Assembly (NCBI RefSeq): GCF_014859525.1
Contig: NZ_JACUUB010000003.1
Span: 39,790 to 103,789 of the forward strand
Direction of reading: 5' to 3'
Source of the DNA: Marinobacter sp.
GTDB lineage: Bacteria > Pseudomonadota > Gammaproteobacteria > Pseudomonadales > Oleiphilaceae
Length of the DNA: 64,000 nt
A program made the position numbers and the translations under genes. Below are positions 40,136 through 48,990 of the stretch, in pieces. Below the pieces are notes generated by a model. The model ran no database searches. It had not been told where the DNA came from and saw only the letters and a program-made list of their open reading frames with translations. How positions within the stretch are numbered: position 1 is the stretch's first letter; each line of letters opens with the position of its first letter.

Positions 40136-40948
40136 TCAAAGATTAAAGCGAGCCCATACCGGGCAATGATCGGATGGCCTTTCCATGGCTCGGATATCGT
40201 AGCTCACCCCCGCCTCAGACGCGTTAGCCAGTAAACCTTCACTCGCCATGATGAGATCGATGCGCAAACCACGTTTTGGTTCACGCTCAAAGCCTTTGCT
40301 ACGGTAGTCAAACCAACTGTAGGTGTTGTCGTCGTCCGGATAGAGGTGGCGAAAAACATCGGTGTAGCCGCGTTGCTCTACCTGAGCAAGCCATTCCCGC
40401 TCTTCCGGCAAAAAACTGCACTTACCGCTGCGCAGCCATCGTTTGGCATTATCAGCTCCGATGCCAATGTCCTTATCGGTGGGGGAGATGTTCATGTCTC
40501 CCATAAGCACGACGTGACCTGGCTGTTCGGACAGCTCGTCCAGGTAGCTGATAAGGTCTTGATAGAATTTCTGTTTGGCCGGAAACTTCACTGGGTGGTC
40601 TCGGCTTTCGCCTTGAGGAAAGTAGCCATTGATCACGGTCAGGGGTTCACCATTGACTGTAAACTGCCCGGTGATCAGGCGCCGCTGGGCGTTTTCATCA
40701 TCCGTTGCGTAGCCTTTGCAAACGTAGTCCGGCTTGGCTCTGGATAGCAGGGCAACGCCGTAGTGGGTTTTCTGGCCATGGAAATGCACGTGGTAGCCGA
40801 GCTCTCGTATGGCGTCTACAGGGAAGTCTTCGTCAGTGACTTTGGTTTCCTGGAGCCCGATGATATCCGGATTCAGTTGATCGATAACGGCTTCAAGCTG
40901 GTGCAGTCGGGTGCGAATACTGTTGACGTTAAACGACACGAACATCAT
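40136..40948 (-). CDS. xthA: Exodeoxyribonuclease III
   Basis: SFNVNSIR, LQETKV, GDMNI, YSWFDYRS, GLRID, SDHCP. Confidence 0.96.
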   Translation of the reverse strand: MMFVSFNVNSIRTRLHQLEAVIDQLNPDIIGLQETKVTDEDFPVDAIRELGYHVHFHGQKTHYGVALLSRAKPDYVCKGYATDDENAQRRLITGQFTVNGEPLTVINGYFPQGESRDHPVKFPAKQKFYQDLISYLDELSEQPGHVVLMGDMNISPTDKDIGIGADNAKRWLRSGKCSFLPEEREWLAQVEQRGYTDVFRHLYPDDDNTYSWFDYRSKGFEREPKRGLRIDLIMASEGLLANASEAGVSYDIRAMERPSDHCPVWARFNL

Positions 40949-41027
40949 GGGGGCAGGGTCTCCGGATCAATGTGTTCCGGAGTTTAACACACAGTAGCGA
41001 AGGTACGGTTTGGCAGCTTTGCCAAAT

Positions 41028-41771
41028 TTACGGTGTCAGCACACAATCTGGGTAGCGGGATACATCATAGCGAATGTGAGCGATGTAGTTGTCATCGGCG
41101 TTTTTGCGAATGTTGGTCAGGCCCAGGTACTCGGTTAGCGCACCTTCCCGGTTATAACCAAGCACAATCGGATCTACCAGAAATCTCAGAACCAGGCTCG
41201 TAGGACGTATCCGGACCACCACATCGGAACCGATCTGACTATTTGATGTTGGCTCCAACACAAACCCATAGTGTTCGCCTCTTGTCGGGGCAAGAAAACG
41301 GAATTCTACAGATTCGCCCTGTTTTACCTTGTTCCAGTTGGCCCTCACGAGGTGGTCAAAGCCGGCGTCTACAACGAGGCGGTCATCGAAAGAAACCTTG
41401 TGAGACTCCGTTTTACCCGCTGGGCTTTGCCATTGAACCTTGAGCTGCTCTGGCCCTTGATAAGAGATGTTCAGGTGTTCATCGTAATCCGGTTGGCTGA
41501 AATCAACGGTGGGGCGCAAAGCGCCATCTTCATAGCGCAGGGCTTTGCTCGCAAAAGTGCTGCTATCCTGGTTTGCTCGGTAGTCTACGCTGTGTGTAAT
41601 GGGCTGGAACACACCCTCAGCACAATGGCCTTCCACCCTGTGAGATTCCAGGTACAGCAGGTTGCCTCTGTCGTCCTTGGCGGTACCGGTGAACTCAAAC
41701 GGACTTCCGAATACCATCGGAGCACTCAAGAGGACCAGTAATGCGCTCAGGGAGACTGACGGTCGAATCAT
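41028..41771 (-). CDS. Hypothetical secreted protein (last gene of the lipid-modification operon)
   Basis: Signal peptide-like N-terminus; beta-rich; VVDAGFD motif; ATGA coupling with DUF2878. Confidence 0.8.
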   Translation of the reverse strand: MIRPSVSLSALLVLLSAPMVFGSPFEFTGTAKDDRGNLLYLESHRVEGHCAEGVFQPITHSVDYRANQDSSTFASKALRYEDGALRPTVDFSQPDYDEHLNISYQGPEQLKVQWQSPAGKTESHKVSFDDRLVVDAGFDHLVRANWNKVKQGESVEFRFLAPTRGEHYGFVLEPTSNSQIGSDVVVRIRPTSLVLRFLVDPIVLGYNREGALTEYLGLTNIRKNADDNYIAHIRYDVSRYPDCVLTP

Positions 41772-42292
41772 GACTGTAACTCCGAGTACAGGCTATTGCG
41801 GATGAATAGCAGCAGAGGAAAAAGTACCAGCCATCCCACGGCCATGGCCGCTAGAGACACGCTGAGATTGGGTAAGGTGACGATGCCGAGCTTGCTGGCG
41901 GACCAGTATGCAAAAGGGCCGGCTATTGGTGCAAAGACATAGGGCAGCCATTTACGCTGCCCCATCCACCCCAGAGAGTGACAAATGGTGGTCATGAAGA
42001 TCGCCCAGATCGCAACCAGCCACGGCGGTGCAACGAGGACGCTATCAACACCGGAAATGCCAAGCACGCCTGTCTGAAACCAGAGGGTGTCCATAAGGCT
42101 ACCGAGCACGACGCCAAAGCCGATAAACTGCAGCTCTACAAAGCGCTTTTGGCTTACCAGCGCAAAATGAAGTGCTAAAAACACCAACACCAACCCTGCC
42201 GCCGCCAAACCGGGGGCTAGCACGCAAGTCAGCCAGCCGATCTGGAACAGAACAAAATTGATGACGTTGCGGCCGGTCTCTGAGGCGATCAT
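41768..42292 (-). CDS. DUF2878 family membrane protein
   Basis: NFVLFQIGWL.CV, PPWLVAIW..F, GPFAYW. Confidence 0.85.
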   Translation of the reverse strand: MIASETGRNVINFVLFQIGWLTCVLAPGLAAAGLVLVFLALHFALVSQKRFVELQFIGFGVVLGSLMDTLWFQTGVLGISGVDSVLVAPPWLVAIWAIFMTTICHSLGWMGQRKWLPYVFAPIAGPFAYWSASKLGIVTLPNLSVSLAAMAVGWLVLFPLLLFIRNSLYSELQS

Positions 42293-43563
42293 AGGCTGAG
42301 GATATTGGTACGTTTGTTAGCGGGTTTGGCCATCACAAGATGGGCCACACCGATGGCACGCTCGCTGAAGCCCGCCTCGCAATAGGCAAAGTAGAAATGC
42401 CACAGGCGCTGGAAAGCGTCGTCGTAGCCTTGCTTGGCCAAGGTGTCGCGGTTTGCCATGAACCGATCGCACCAGTCTCTGAGCGTTCGAGCATAATGGA
42501 AGCCGAAATCTTCTGCGTGCGTCAGAACTAGGTCGGATTCCCGACGCATTGAGGTGAGTATGGCACCAAAGGAGGGAATAAAACTCCCCGGGAAAATAAA
42601 GCGCTGAATGAAATCTACGTTCTTCAAAGCACGGTCATAACGCTGTTCTGGCATATTGATGGCCTGGATCAGCGCCAGTCCATCGGGTTTGAGAAGTTTA
42701 CTGATCTGTGACAGATAGCTGTCCAGAAACTGAGGCCCGACCGCTTCGATCATTTCGATGGAAACCAACTTGTCGAACTGCCCCTCAAGATCGCGGTAGT
42801 CATCAAATAACAGTGTAATCTGATCCTCAAGACCTTCCGACTGGACTCGTGCTCTGGCCAGTTCCAGTTGCTCTTTAGAGATGGTGGTGGTGGTTACATG
42901 GCAACCGTAGTATTTCGCAGCATGAATGGCAAAGCCGCCCCAGCCCGTGCCGATTTCGACCACCCGATCTTCGGGTTTCAGATCCAACTTCTTGCAAATG
43001 GTGTCGAGCTTGTGGATGGCAGCTTCGTTAAGATCTGCGTCTTCTCGCGGATAAATCGCAGACGAGTACATCATGGTTGGATCCAGAAACAACTCGAACA
43101 GATCATTGCCCAGATCATAGTGGGCACTGATGTTCTTGCGGGAGCCTTCTGGTGTGTTTCGATTCAGCCAGTGCAGAGCCTTCAGGGCGGGTTTACTGAC
43201 CCAACTGAATTTGTCTTCGAACGCGTTCATTGTCTCGATATTACGGGTAAAAAATCTCAGCAGAGCGGTCAGGTCGGGAGAGCTCCAATCGCCAGCCACG
43301 TAAGATTCTGCTGCGCCAACACTGCCGCCGGTTACCAGATCACGCCAGGTAGTGTGGTCGTGAATAATCAATTCTGCGGCGGGGAAAGCCGGATTGTCAT
43401 CGCCGAAGACCAAATCTTCAAAACCCGCCTCACGAACCACGAGCCTGCCGTGACCCAGCAAGGACAGCTGGTGGCAAACCAGGCGTCGCGACACGCGACT
43501 GAGCGCCGGAATAGTCGAGCCACTGGCGGTTTGGTGGTCAGTGGACGTGTTCAGGTTCTCCAT
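42289..43563 (-). CDS. cfa: Cfa-family fatty-acyl methyltransferase (UfaM-like)
   Basis: NISAHYDLGNDLFELFLDPTMMYS, VEIGTGWGG, SIEMIEAVG, FIQRFIFPG, YCEAGF. Confidence 0.92.
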   Translation of the reverse strand: MENLNTSTDHQTASGSTIPALSRVSRRLVCHQLSLLGHGRLVVREAGFEDLVFGDDNPAFPAAELIIHDHTTWRDLVTGGSVGAAESYVAGDWSSPDLTALLRFFTRNIETMNAFEDKFSWVSKPALKALHWLNRNTPEGSRKNISAHYDLGNDLFELFLDPTMMYSSAIYPREDADLNEAAIHKLDTICKKLDLKPEDRVVEIGTGWGGFAIHAAKYYGCHVTTTTISKEQLELARARVQSEGLEDQITLLFDDYRDLEGQFDKLVSIEMIEAVGPQFLDSYLSQISKLLKPDGLALIQAINMPEQRYDRALKNVDFIQRFIFPGSFIPSFGAILTSMRRESDLVLTHAEDFGFHYARTLRDWCDRFMANRDTLAKQGYDDAFQRLWHFYFAYCEAGFSERAIGVAHLVMAKPANKRTNILSL

Positions 43564-44450
43564 GAGCTTACCCTGCCTTCAAGTTCTGAATGTTCGTGAG
43601 TCGATGCCGGTGATTCGGTAATATCTACACCTTGATCTTCCGCCCCCTTGCGATACCCACGGCTGCTTTCAACGAGTTTGTCCGGGTTGGTATAGAAGGG
43701 CGCGCCTTTAATCTTCAGTTTTAGCGCATTCCAGTAAATGCCGGCTGTACCCTTGATGGTTTCCAGCGGAAACCGTCTCAGGCCTCTATGTAAAGTTTTA
43801 CGGTCAAAGGGTATGCGTTGGACTACCAGAGTGGCATCAAAATGTTTTTGTTGGCCCTGCTCAACATTCATGTGGATTCTCAACTGGGGCCCCCGGAAGC
43901 TGAACAGCCATTGATAGTGCTGATTCATTCCGTTGAAGGGAGAGACATGAAACCGCTTACTGAAGGCAAACCGTTCGGTGTGCCAGTGGTCAGGATCTGT
44001 CACTTTCGATCGACGGGTTTCCAGACAATAGACGTGGCGCTGCTTCCAGGGTGTGTTGGTGATTTGAGCAAGGATAACGCGCGGAACATCGCCATATTGC
44101 GGGCTCTGGCCCGGCTCGTAGCACAGATAGAAACTCACCGGATTAAACACGTAGCCAAGATAACGGGGATGAGTGATCAACTCGATGGGACCTTCCGGCG
44201 CCCAGCCTGTCGCACTTTTTACCCGGTTGTAGACCGCTTGGCGAAGGCTTGGTACTTCTGGATCAAGGTAATCCTTTCGGTACAGAGACATCCAGTTGAA
44301 GCGTTCGAGTGAGAAGAATGGGCTGGACCGGGTAATAGAAGACCACTCATCCAGATCCAGTGCTAACATGCCAATCTTGTAACTAAAGTCATGTAAAACC
44401 GGGATCTTGCGACGATGTCTTATAGTGCCTTCTAACCAGTCAGTTGCCAT
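43551..44450 (-). CDS. DUF1365 family protein (UfaO-like)
   Basis: G.IRHRR..P..H.FSY, LGYVFNPVSFY, ITNTPW, K.FHVSPF. Confidence 0.9.
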   Translation of the reverse strand: MATDWLEGTIRHRRKIPVLHDFSYKIGMLALDLDEWSSITRSSPFFSLERFNWMSLYRKDYLDPEVPSLRQAVYNRVKSATGWAPEGPIELITHPRYLGYVFNPVSFYLCYEPGQSPQYGDVPRVILAQITNTPWKQRHVYCLETRRSKVTDPDHWHTERFAFSKRFHVSPFNGMNQHYQWLFSFRGPQLRIHMNVEQGQQKHFDATLVVQRIPFDRKTLHRGLRRFPLETIKGTAGIYWNALKLKIKGAPFYTNPDKLVESSRGYRKGAEDQGVDITESPASTHEHSELEGRVSSWRT

Positions 44451-44452
44451 GA

Positions 44453-45718
44453 TCAGAGTTCCACACCAAAGGCCTTGGTGACTCGCAACGCACTTCGCAC
44501 GCCATCTTCATGAAATCCGTTAAACCAATACGCGCCGCAGAAGTGGGTCCGGTTACGATTGCCGATCTCGTCGTATCGCCCCTGCGCGGCGACGGCTGCC
44601 AGGGTAAACACCGGGTGATCATATTCAAACCGTTTGATGACTTTGTCGGGGGCAATGTCGTGGCTGCGGTTCAGGGTGACGCAGAAGGTCTCCGGGGCGT
44701 CATGGAAGTTCTGCAGAACGTTCATGTTGTAAGTAACCGATACTGGTTGGGTGCTGTGCTCAGGAATCATGTAGTTCCAGGCTGCCCAGGCCAGTTTGTT
44801 GGAAGGCAGCACGCTGGCGTCGGTGTGCAGTACCACGTCGTTTTTCTGGTATGGAATAGCCCCCAGAATCTGCAGTTCCTGATCAGTCGGGTCACTTAAC
44901 ATGGCAAGCGCCTGGTCGCTGTGACAGGCCAGAATAACCTGATCAAACTGGTGTGTTTGGTCATTGACGGTCAGGCTTACGCCGTCCTTGCTGCGTTTAA
45001 TGCCGGTAACCGGGCTATTCAGGTGCGTACGCTCACCCAGGCGTTCCATCATACGAGTGACGTAACTGGCAGACCCGCCCGAGATCACTCTCCAGGTTGG
45101 GCGGTCATCCACAGACAGCATGCCGTGGTTATTGAAGAACTGAAGGAAAAACCGTATCGGAAATTGCTCAAGGATGATTTCTGGAGCAGACCAGATCGCG
45201 GCGCCCATCGGTACAATGTAATTGTTTCTAAAGTAGCGGCTGTAGCGGTTACGGTTCAAGTATTCGCCCAGGGTTTCACCTTCCGGGATCTGACCACTGG
45301 CCAGATCTGTGCGACTTTCTTTGTTGAAGCGAAGAATCTCACGGATCATTTTCAGAAAACCGACGTTAAGCAGATTCTTGCGCTGGGCAAACAGCGTGTT
45401 AAGGCTGGTTCCATTGTACTGAAGACCAGACGAGTGGCAGTCCACACTGAAACTCATGCTGCTGACTTCAGAAGGCACGCCAAGTCGATCCATCAGCTTG
45501 ATAAAGTTCGGGTAAGTCCAGTCGTTGTAGACTATGAAACCGGTGTTTACCGGCCAGGTGCGGCCTCCAGCATCAACTTTTTCTGTATTGGTATGGCCGC
45601 CCGCGTAATCGCCTGCCTCAAAAACATGCACGTCATGGTGTTCGCTCAACAGCCATGCCGCTGTCAATCCGGAGACGCCGGCGCCAATCACAGCAATACG
45701 CTGACGATTCGGGTTCAT
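44453..45718 (-). CDS. FAD-dependent oxidoreductase, amine-oxidase family (UfaD-like)
   Basis: IAVIGAGVSGL, GGHTNT, VNTGFIVYN..TYPNF, FCGAYW..GFHEDG; start ATG 45718. Confidence 0.9.
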   Translation of the reverse strand: MNPNRQRIAVIGAGVSGLTAAWLLSEHHDVHVFEAGDYAGGHTNTEKVDAGGRTWPVNTGFIVYNDWTYPNFIKLMDRLGVPSEVSSMSFSVDCHSSGLQYNGTSLNTLFAQRKNLLNVGFLKMIREILRFNKESRTDLASGQIPEGETLGEYLNRNRYSRYFRNNYIVPMGAAIWSAPEIILEQFPIRFFLQFFNNHGMLSVDDRPTWRVISGGSASYVTRMMERLGERTHLNSPVTGIKRSKDGVSLTVNDQTHQFDQVILACHSDQALAMLSDPTDQELQILGAIPYQKNDVVLHTDASVLPSNKLAWAAWNYMIPEHSTQPVSVTYNMNVLQNFHDAPETFCVTLNRSHDIAPDKVIKRFEYDHPVFTLAAVAAQGRYDEIGNRNRTHFCGAYWFNGFHEDGVRSALRVTKAFGVEL

Positions 45719-45749
45719 GCAATTCTTTCCTGTATCTGGAGAGTTCGGT

Positions 45750-46532
45750 TTACGAGTTTTCGTTACGTGCCATGGAGGCCGCCATGCGATCAATAAGAGC
45801 TTGGGGCAGTGCCCCCAGGGCCTTTAGCGTCCAGGTAAAACGCCGGGGGAACGCGATTTCAGACTTACCTTTCTCCAGGCCTGTTCGGATTCGTGTTGCT
45901 GCGTCTTCCGAACTGATGATGAACGGCATTGGGAAATCATTGCGGTCGGTCAGAGGGGTTTTTACAAAGCCCGGAGAGACCACTACCACATCAATGCCTT
46001 CAGCGGCCAAGTCTGCTCGTAAGGCCTGGGCAAAATAGGTCAGGGCGGCTTTAGATGCACCGTAGCCCTCAGCCCGTGCAAACGGGAACCACCAGGCGGA
46101 AGAGCTGACGATCACCAGAGTTGCAGGCTTGCCTTTGGCCCGGGTGGCGCGCAGTGCCGGTAACGCAATATCGAGGCTGCGGGCGGTTCCAACCACGTTG
46201 GTGACCATGTTGGCCTCAATAATCTGACTATCATAGTTAGCGACATCAAGGTATTCGCAGGTGCCGGCGTTAAGAATGGCCATATCGAGGTCGCCAAAGT
46301 GATTCAGCGTACCTTTTATGCTTTCAAGATCGGCGTTACTGGTGGTGTCTGCGGCTGCCGACACCATCTTGCCAGGGTAATGAGAGGCCAGAGTTTCCAG
46401 CGCTTCAAGTCTACGGCCAGTAACGATCACGTTGTGACCATGTTTAGCCAGATCATGAGCGACGGCTTCGCCAATGCCCGAAGACGCCCCGGTTAGCCAT
46501 ATGTTGCTACTACGAGAAAGGCGTTTGCTCAT
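45750..46532 (-). CDS. Short-chain dehydrogenase/reductase
   Basis: WLTGASSGIG, LNAGTCEY, YGASKAA, SPGFVKTPLTD.N.F.MP. Confidence 0.92.
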   Translation of the reverse strand: MSKRLSRSSNIWLTGASSGIGEAVAHDLAKHGHNVIVTGRRLEALETLASHYPGKMVSAAADTTSNADLESIKGTLNHFGDLDMAILNAGTCEYLDVANYDSQIIEANMVTNVVGTARSLDIALPALRATRAKGKPATLVIVSSSAWWFPFARAEGYGASKAALTYFAQALRADLAAEGIDVVVVSPGFVKTPLTDRNDFPMPFIISSEDAATRIRTGLEKGKSEIAFPRRFTWTLKALGALPQALIDRMAASMARNENS

Positions 46533-46996
46533 CCAGCCTGCTCCTTAACCCAGCGAATGACACCACCCACCACCGGCAGGTTTTCATACAGAAGCTGGCC
46601 TGCGTCGAAATAGTCGCGGTGATAGCGAACTCGTCCATCACGGATTTCCAGATGGCTAATTCCTTCTACCTCTACTGTTTTACCGCCTTTGATCCGTTTA
46701 TGCTGCAATTCCATTACCCAGGGAATGGTGCACCAACCGCGCTGAACCACGGAAGAACCAAACCGAAACTGGCATCGGATTACATTGCCGTAGGCACCTG
46801 CAAAATAGTGTGTTAGCTCATCCAGCCCATTAACCTCTCCAAATGGATCCCGAAACTGGATGTCTTCTCCATAAACTTCTTGAAGCTTGCTCAGATTGCC
46901 TTTGTCCAATTGATTGAACAGACTGCAGAACCTCTCCAACACCAATGGAAGTGTTGAGTCGGATGTACCGATGTCAATGATAGAGGCGGTTGTCAT
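46529..46996 (-). CDS. Nuclear transport factor 2 / SnoaL-like protein
   Basis: Y..DI.FRDPF..V.G, HRDYFD.G.LLYE.LPVVG; start ATG 46996 overlapping the desaturase stop. Confidence 0.88.
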   Translation of the reverse strand: MTTASIIDIGTSDSTLPLVLERFCSLFNQLDKGNLSKLQEVYGEDIQFRDPFGEVNGLDELTHYFAGAYGNVIRCQFRFGSSVVQRGWCTIPWVMELQHKRIKGGKTVEVEGISHLEIRDGRVRYHRDYFDAGQLLYENLPVVGGVIRWVKEQAG

Positions 46997-47949
46997 TGGC
47001 GCTTCCTCCTCAGGTTGTCCAACTCGCGGGTTTCTTGCTGAATGTGAGCGGGTATCGGGTTCAGATCCCAGACGATGCCCAGTTTTGATAGCACCCAAAG
47101 CCCATACCAGGTGAGGTCTATTTCGTACCATCGAAAGCCTTGTCTAACAGACTGCGGCCAACGATGATGGTTGTTATGCCAGCCTTCGCCGAGCGTAATC
47201 AAGGCCAGCCAAACGTTATTTCGGCTATCATCGTCGGTATCAAAGCGACGTTTGCCCCAAACGTGAGACAGGGAATTGATCGAAACCGTGGCATGGAACA
47301 AAAATACCGTCGAAATGAAGAAGCCCCAGACCAGTAACTGAAAACCATTGGTTTCCAATCCGGGTGCCCATGCGGCCAGAGCTTCGCCGATTGCGTAAAT
47401 GAGTACTGCAAAGGCGGCCGGAACCAGTGAGTCAAACCGGTTGATGAAGCGCAACTCAGGGAATTTCAGCCAGTCACGTATCCGCCGTTGATCCATGGCA
47501 AAGCCTGCATCGCAGGTAAACCATCCTGCGTGAGACCACCAGAAGCCACCTTGATGGGGGGAGTGGAGGTCTTCTGGATCATCCGAGTGTTGGTGATGGT
47601 GCCTGTGATGAGCGGCCCACCAAAGCGGACCTCGCTGAGCCGCGCTTGCGCCAAGAACCGCAAAGAAGAACTGAGCTTTACGGCCGGTTTTAAATGTTTT
47701 ATGGGAGAAGTACCGGTGATAAAACCCGGTTATTGAAAACATCCGGATCACAAAAAAAACGATCGCAAATACGACGGCGAAGGTACTTACGCCGGTAAAG
47801 AAAGCTAACAGACAGGCAAGGTGTAGCGCGATAAACGGCAAAACCCTAACCACGTTGAACGACCTGGAACTGGTGTCCAGGTGATCTGTTCCGGCTTCGG
47901 AATCGAACCATCTCAGAATGTTTGTTAACCAGTAATTCATTTGGGCCAT
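46993..47949 (-). CDS. Acyl-CoA/acyl-lipid desaturase (delta-9 type)
   Basis: Three His boxes HRYFSH, HRHHH, HNNHH; GEGWHNNHH; start could be 47949 or 47940. Confidence 0.92.
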   Translation of the reverse strand: MAQMNYWLTNILRWFDSEAGTDHLDTSSRSFNVVRVLPFIALHLACLLAFFTGVSTFAVVFAIVFFVIRMFSITGFYHRYFSHKTFKTGRKAQFFFAVLGASAAQRGPLWWAAHHRHHHQHSDDPEDLHSPHQGGFWWSHAGWFTCDAGFAMDQRRIRDWLKFPELRFINRFDSLVPAAFAVLIYAIGEALAAWAPGLETNGFQLLVWGFFISTVFLFHATVSINSLSHVWGKRRFDTDDDSRNNVWLALITLGEGWHNNHHRWPQSVRQGFRWYEIDLTWYGLWVLSKLGIVWDLNPIPAHIQQETRELDNLRRKRQ

Positions 47950-47957
47950 ATAAAACC

Positions 47958-48971
47958 ATGCTTAAAGTGACATCAGACATCACATCAATACGCAATGTCG
48001 CGGTTATCGGTTCAGGTCTGGCGGGCCTTTCGTCAGCCATTATTCTTGGCCAGATGGGCCATAATGTCAGGGTGTTTGAAAAAAGTCGCGGTCCTGGCGG
48101 CCGAATGTCGTCGAAACGGGTCAGCGATGGGTCTGCTGACATCGGAGCGCAATATTTCACCGTCCGAAACCCGAACTTTCTCACCTTCTTACACCAGTAC
48201 GCTGGTGCTTCCACGTTTGATACGTGGTCAGCCCGGTTTGGGTTTCAAGATTCGGATAACATCTGGCAGCCGTTCCCGCAAGAGAACCGGTACGTGGGTG
48301 TTCCTCGGATGACCGCAATCACCCGTGCGCTCTCAGCCGGCATAGATTTGGTATCGGAAGTCCGTATCGAACGCCTGGTGCAAGCCGGTGAGCAGTGGCG
48401 GTTGGAATGCACAGAAGGGAAGAGCCACGGGCTGTTCGATCAGGTGGTGATAACTGCGCCACCGGCACAAGCTCAGGACATTTTGATGGGCAGCGGGTTG
48501 GCTGAACTGGCTGCAAAACTGGTATCGCCTGTCGAGCAGATTTTACCGTGCTGGGCGGTTGCTGCCCATTTTGCGCAACCGCCAACCGACCGATTTGACG
48601 CCATGCGACCAAATTCCGACACGCTCTACTGGGTGGCCAACAATTCTTCCAAACCGGGCCGTGACGGTTCTGGTCAGTGGTGGGTGCTGCATGCCACCCC
48701 GGAGTGGACAAAGGCTAATGTTGAAACAGCACCGGATGAGGTGTGCGCCGAATTGTTGAGGGAGTTCCGGTCTTTGACGGACCACACCGGTGACCCGACC
48801 GAAACTGTCGCACACCGTTGGCTGTATGCACGCTCGGCAGACGCTGACAATCCCGGCTACCTGCTGGATCAGAAAAAGCGCATTGGATTGGCCGGGGACT
48901 GGCTGGCGGGTGGTCGGGTTGAGGGCGCTTGGGAGAGCGCCACCAAACTGGCGGCAGCCATGCAGTCTTAA
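47958..48971 (+). CDS. NAD(P)/FAD-dependent oxidoreductase, renalase-like
   Basis: VAVIGSGLAG, FEKSRGPGGRMSSKR, DIGAQYFT, HRWLYA, GDWLAGGRVEGAW; start uncertain. Confidence 0.88.
   Translation: MLKVTSDITSIRNVAVIGSGLAGLSSAIILGQMGHNVRVFEKSRGPGGRMSSKRVSDGSADIGAQYFTVRNPNFLTFLHQYAGASTFDTWSARFGFQDSDNIWQPFPQENRYVGVPRMTAITRALSAGIDLVSEVRIERLVQAGEQWRLECTEGKSHGLFDQVVITAPPAQAQDILMGSGLAELAAKLVSPVEQILPCWAVAAHFAQPPTDRFDAMRPNSDTLYWVANNSSKPGRDGSGQWWVLHATPEWTKANVETAPDEVCAELLREFRSLTDHTGDPTETVAHRWLYARSADADNPGYLLDQKKRIGLAGDWLAGGRVEGAWESATKLAAAMQS
47987..48014 (-). promoter_or_regulatory. ECF11-type promoter inside the renalase gene, directed at the desaturase operon
   Basis: TGAACC-gataaccgcgacattg-CGTATT, one mismatch to TGATCC-N16-CGTAwT. 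Confidence 0.55.
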
Positions 48972-48990
48972 CTGCCTCCCGAATCAGAGT

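Noticed and set aside
42289-45718. Cfa plus FAD enzyme read as the tmsAB 10-methyl fatty acid system
   Set aside because: The FAD protein is of the amine-oxidase type and is paired with DUF1365, which fits ufaD/ufaO rather than TmsA
47882-47909. TGATCT-N16-CGAACC as an ECF11 promoter for the renalase gene
   Set aside because: The -10 lacks the CGTA core
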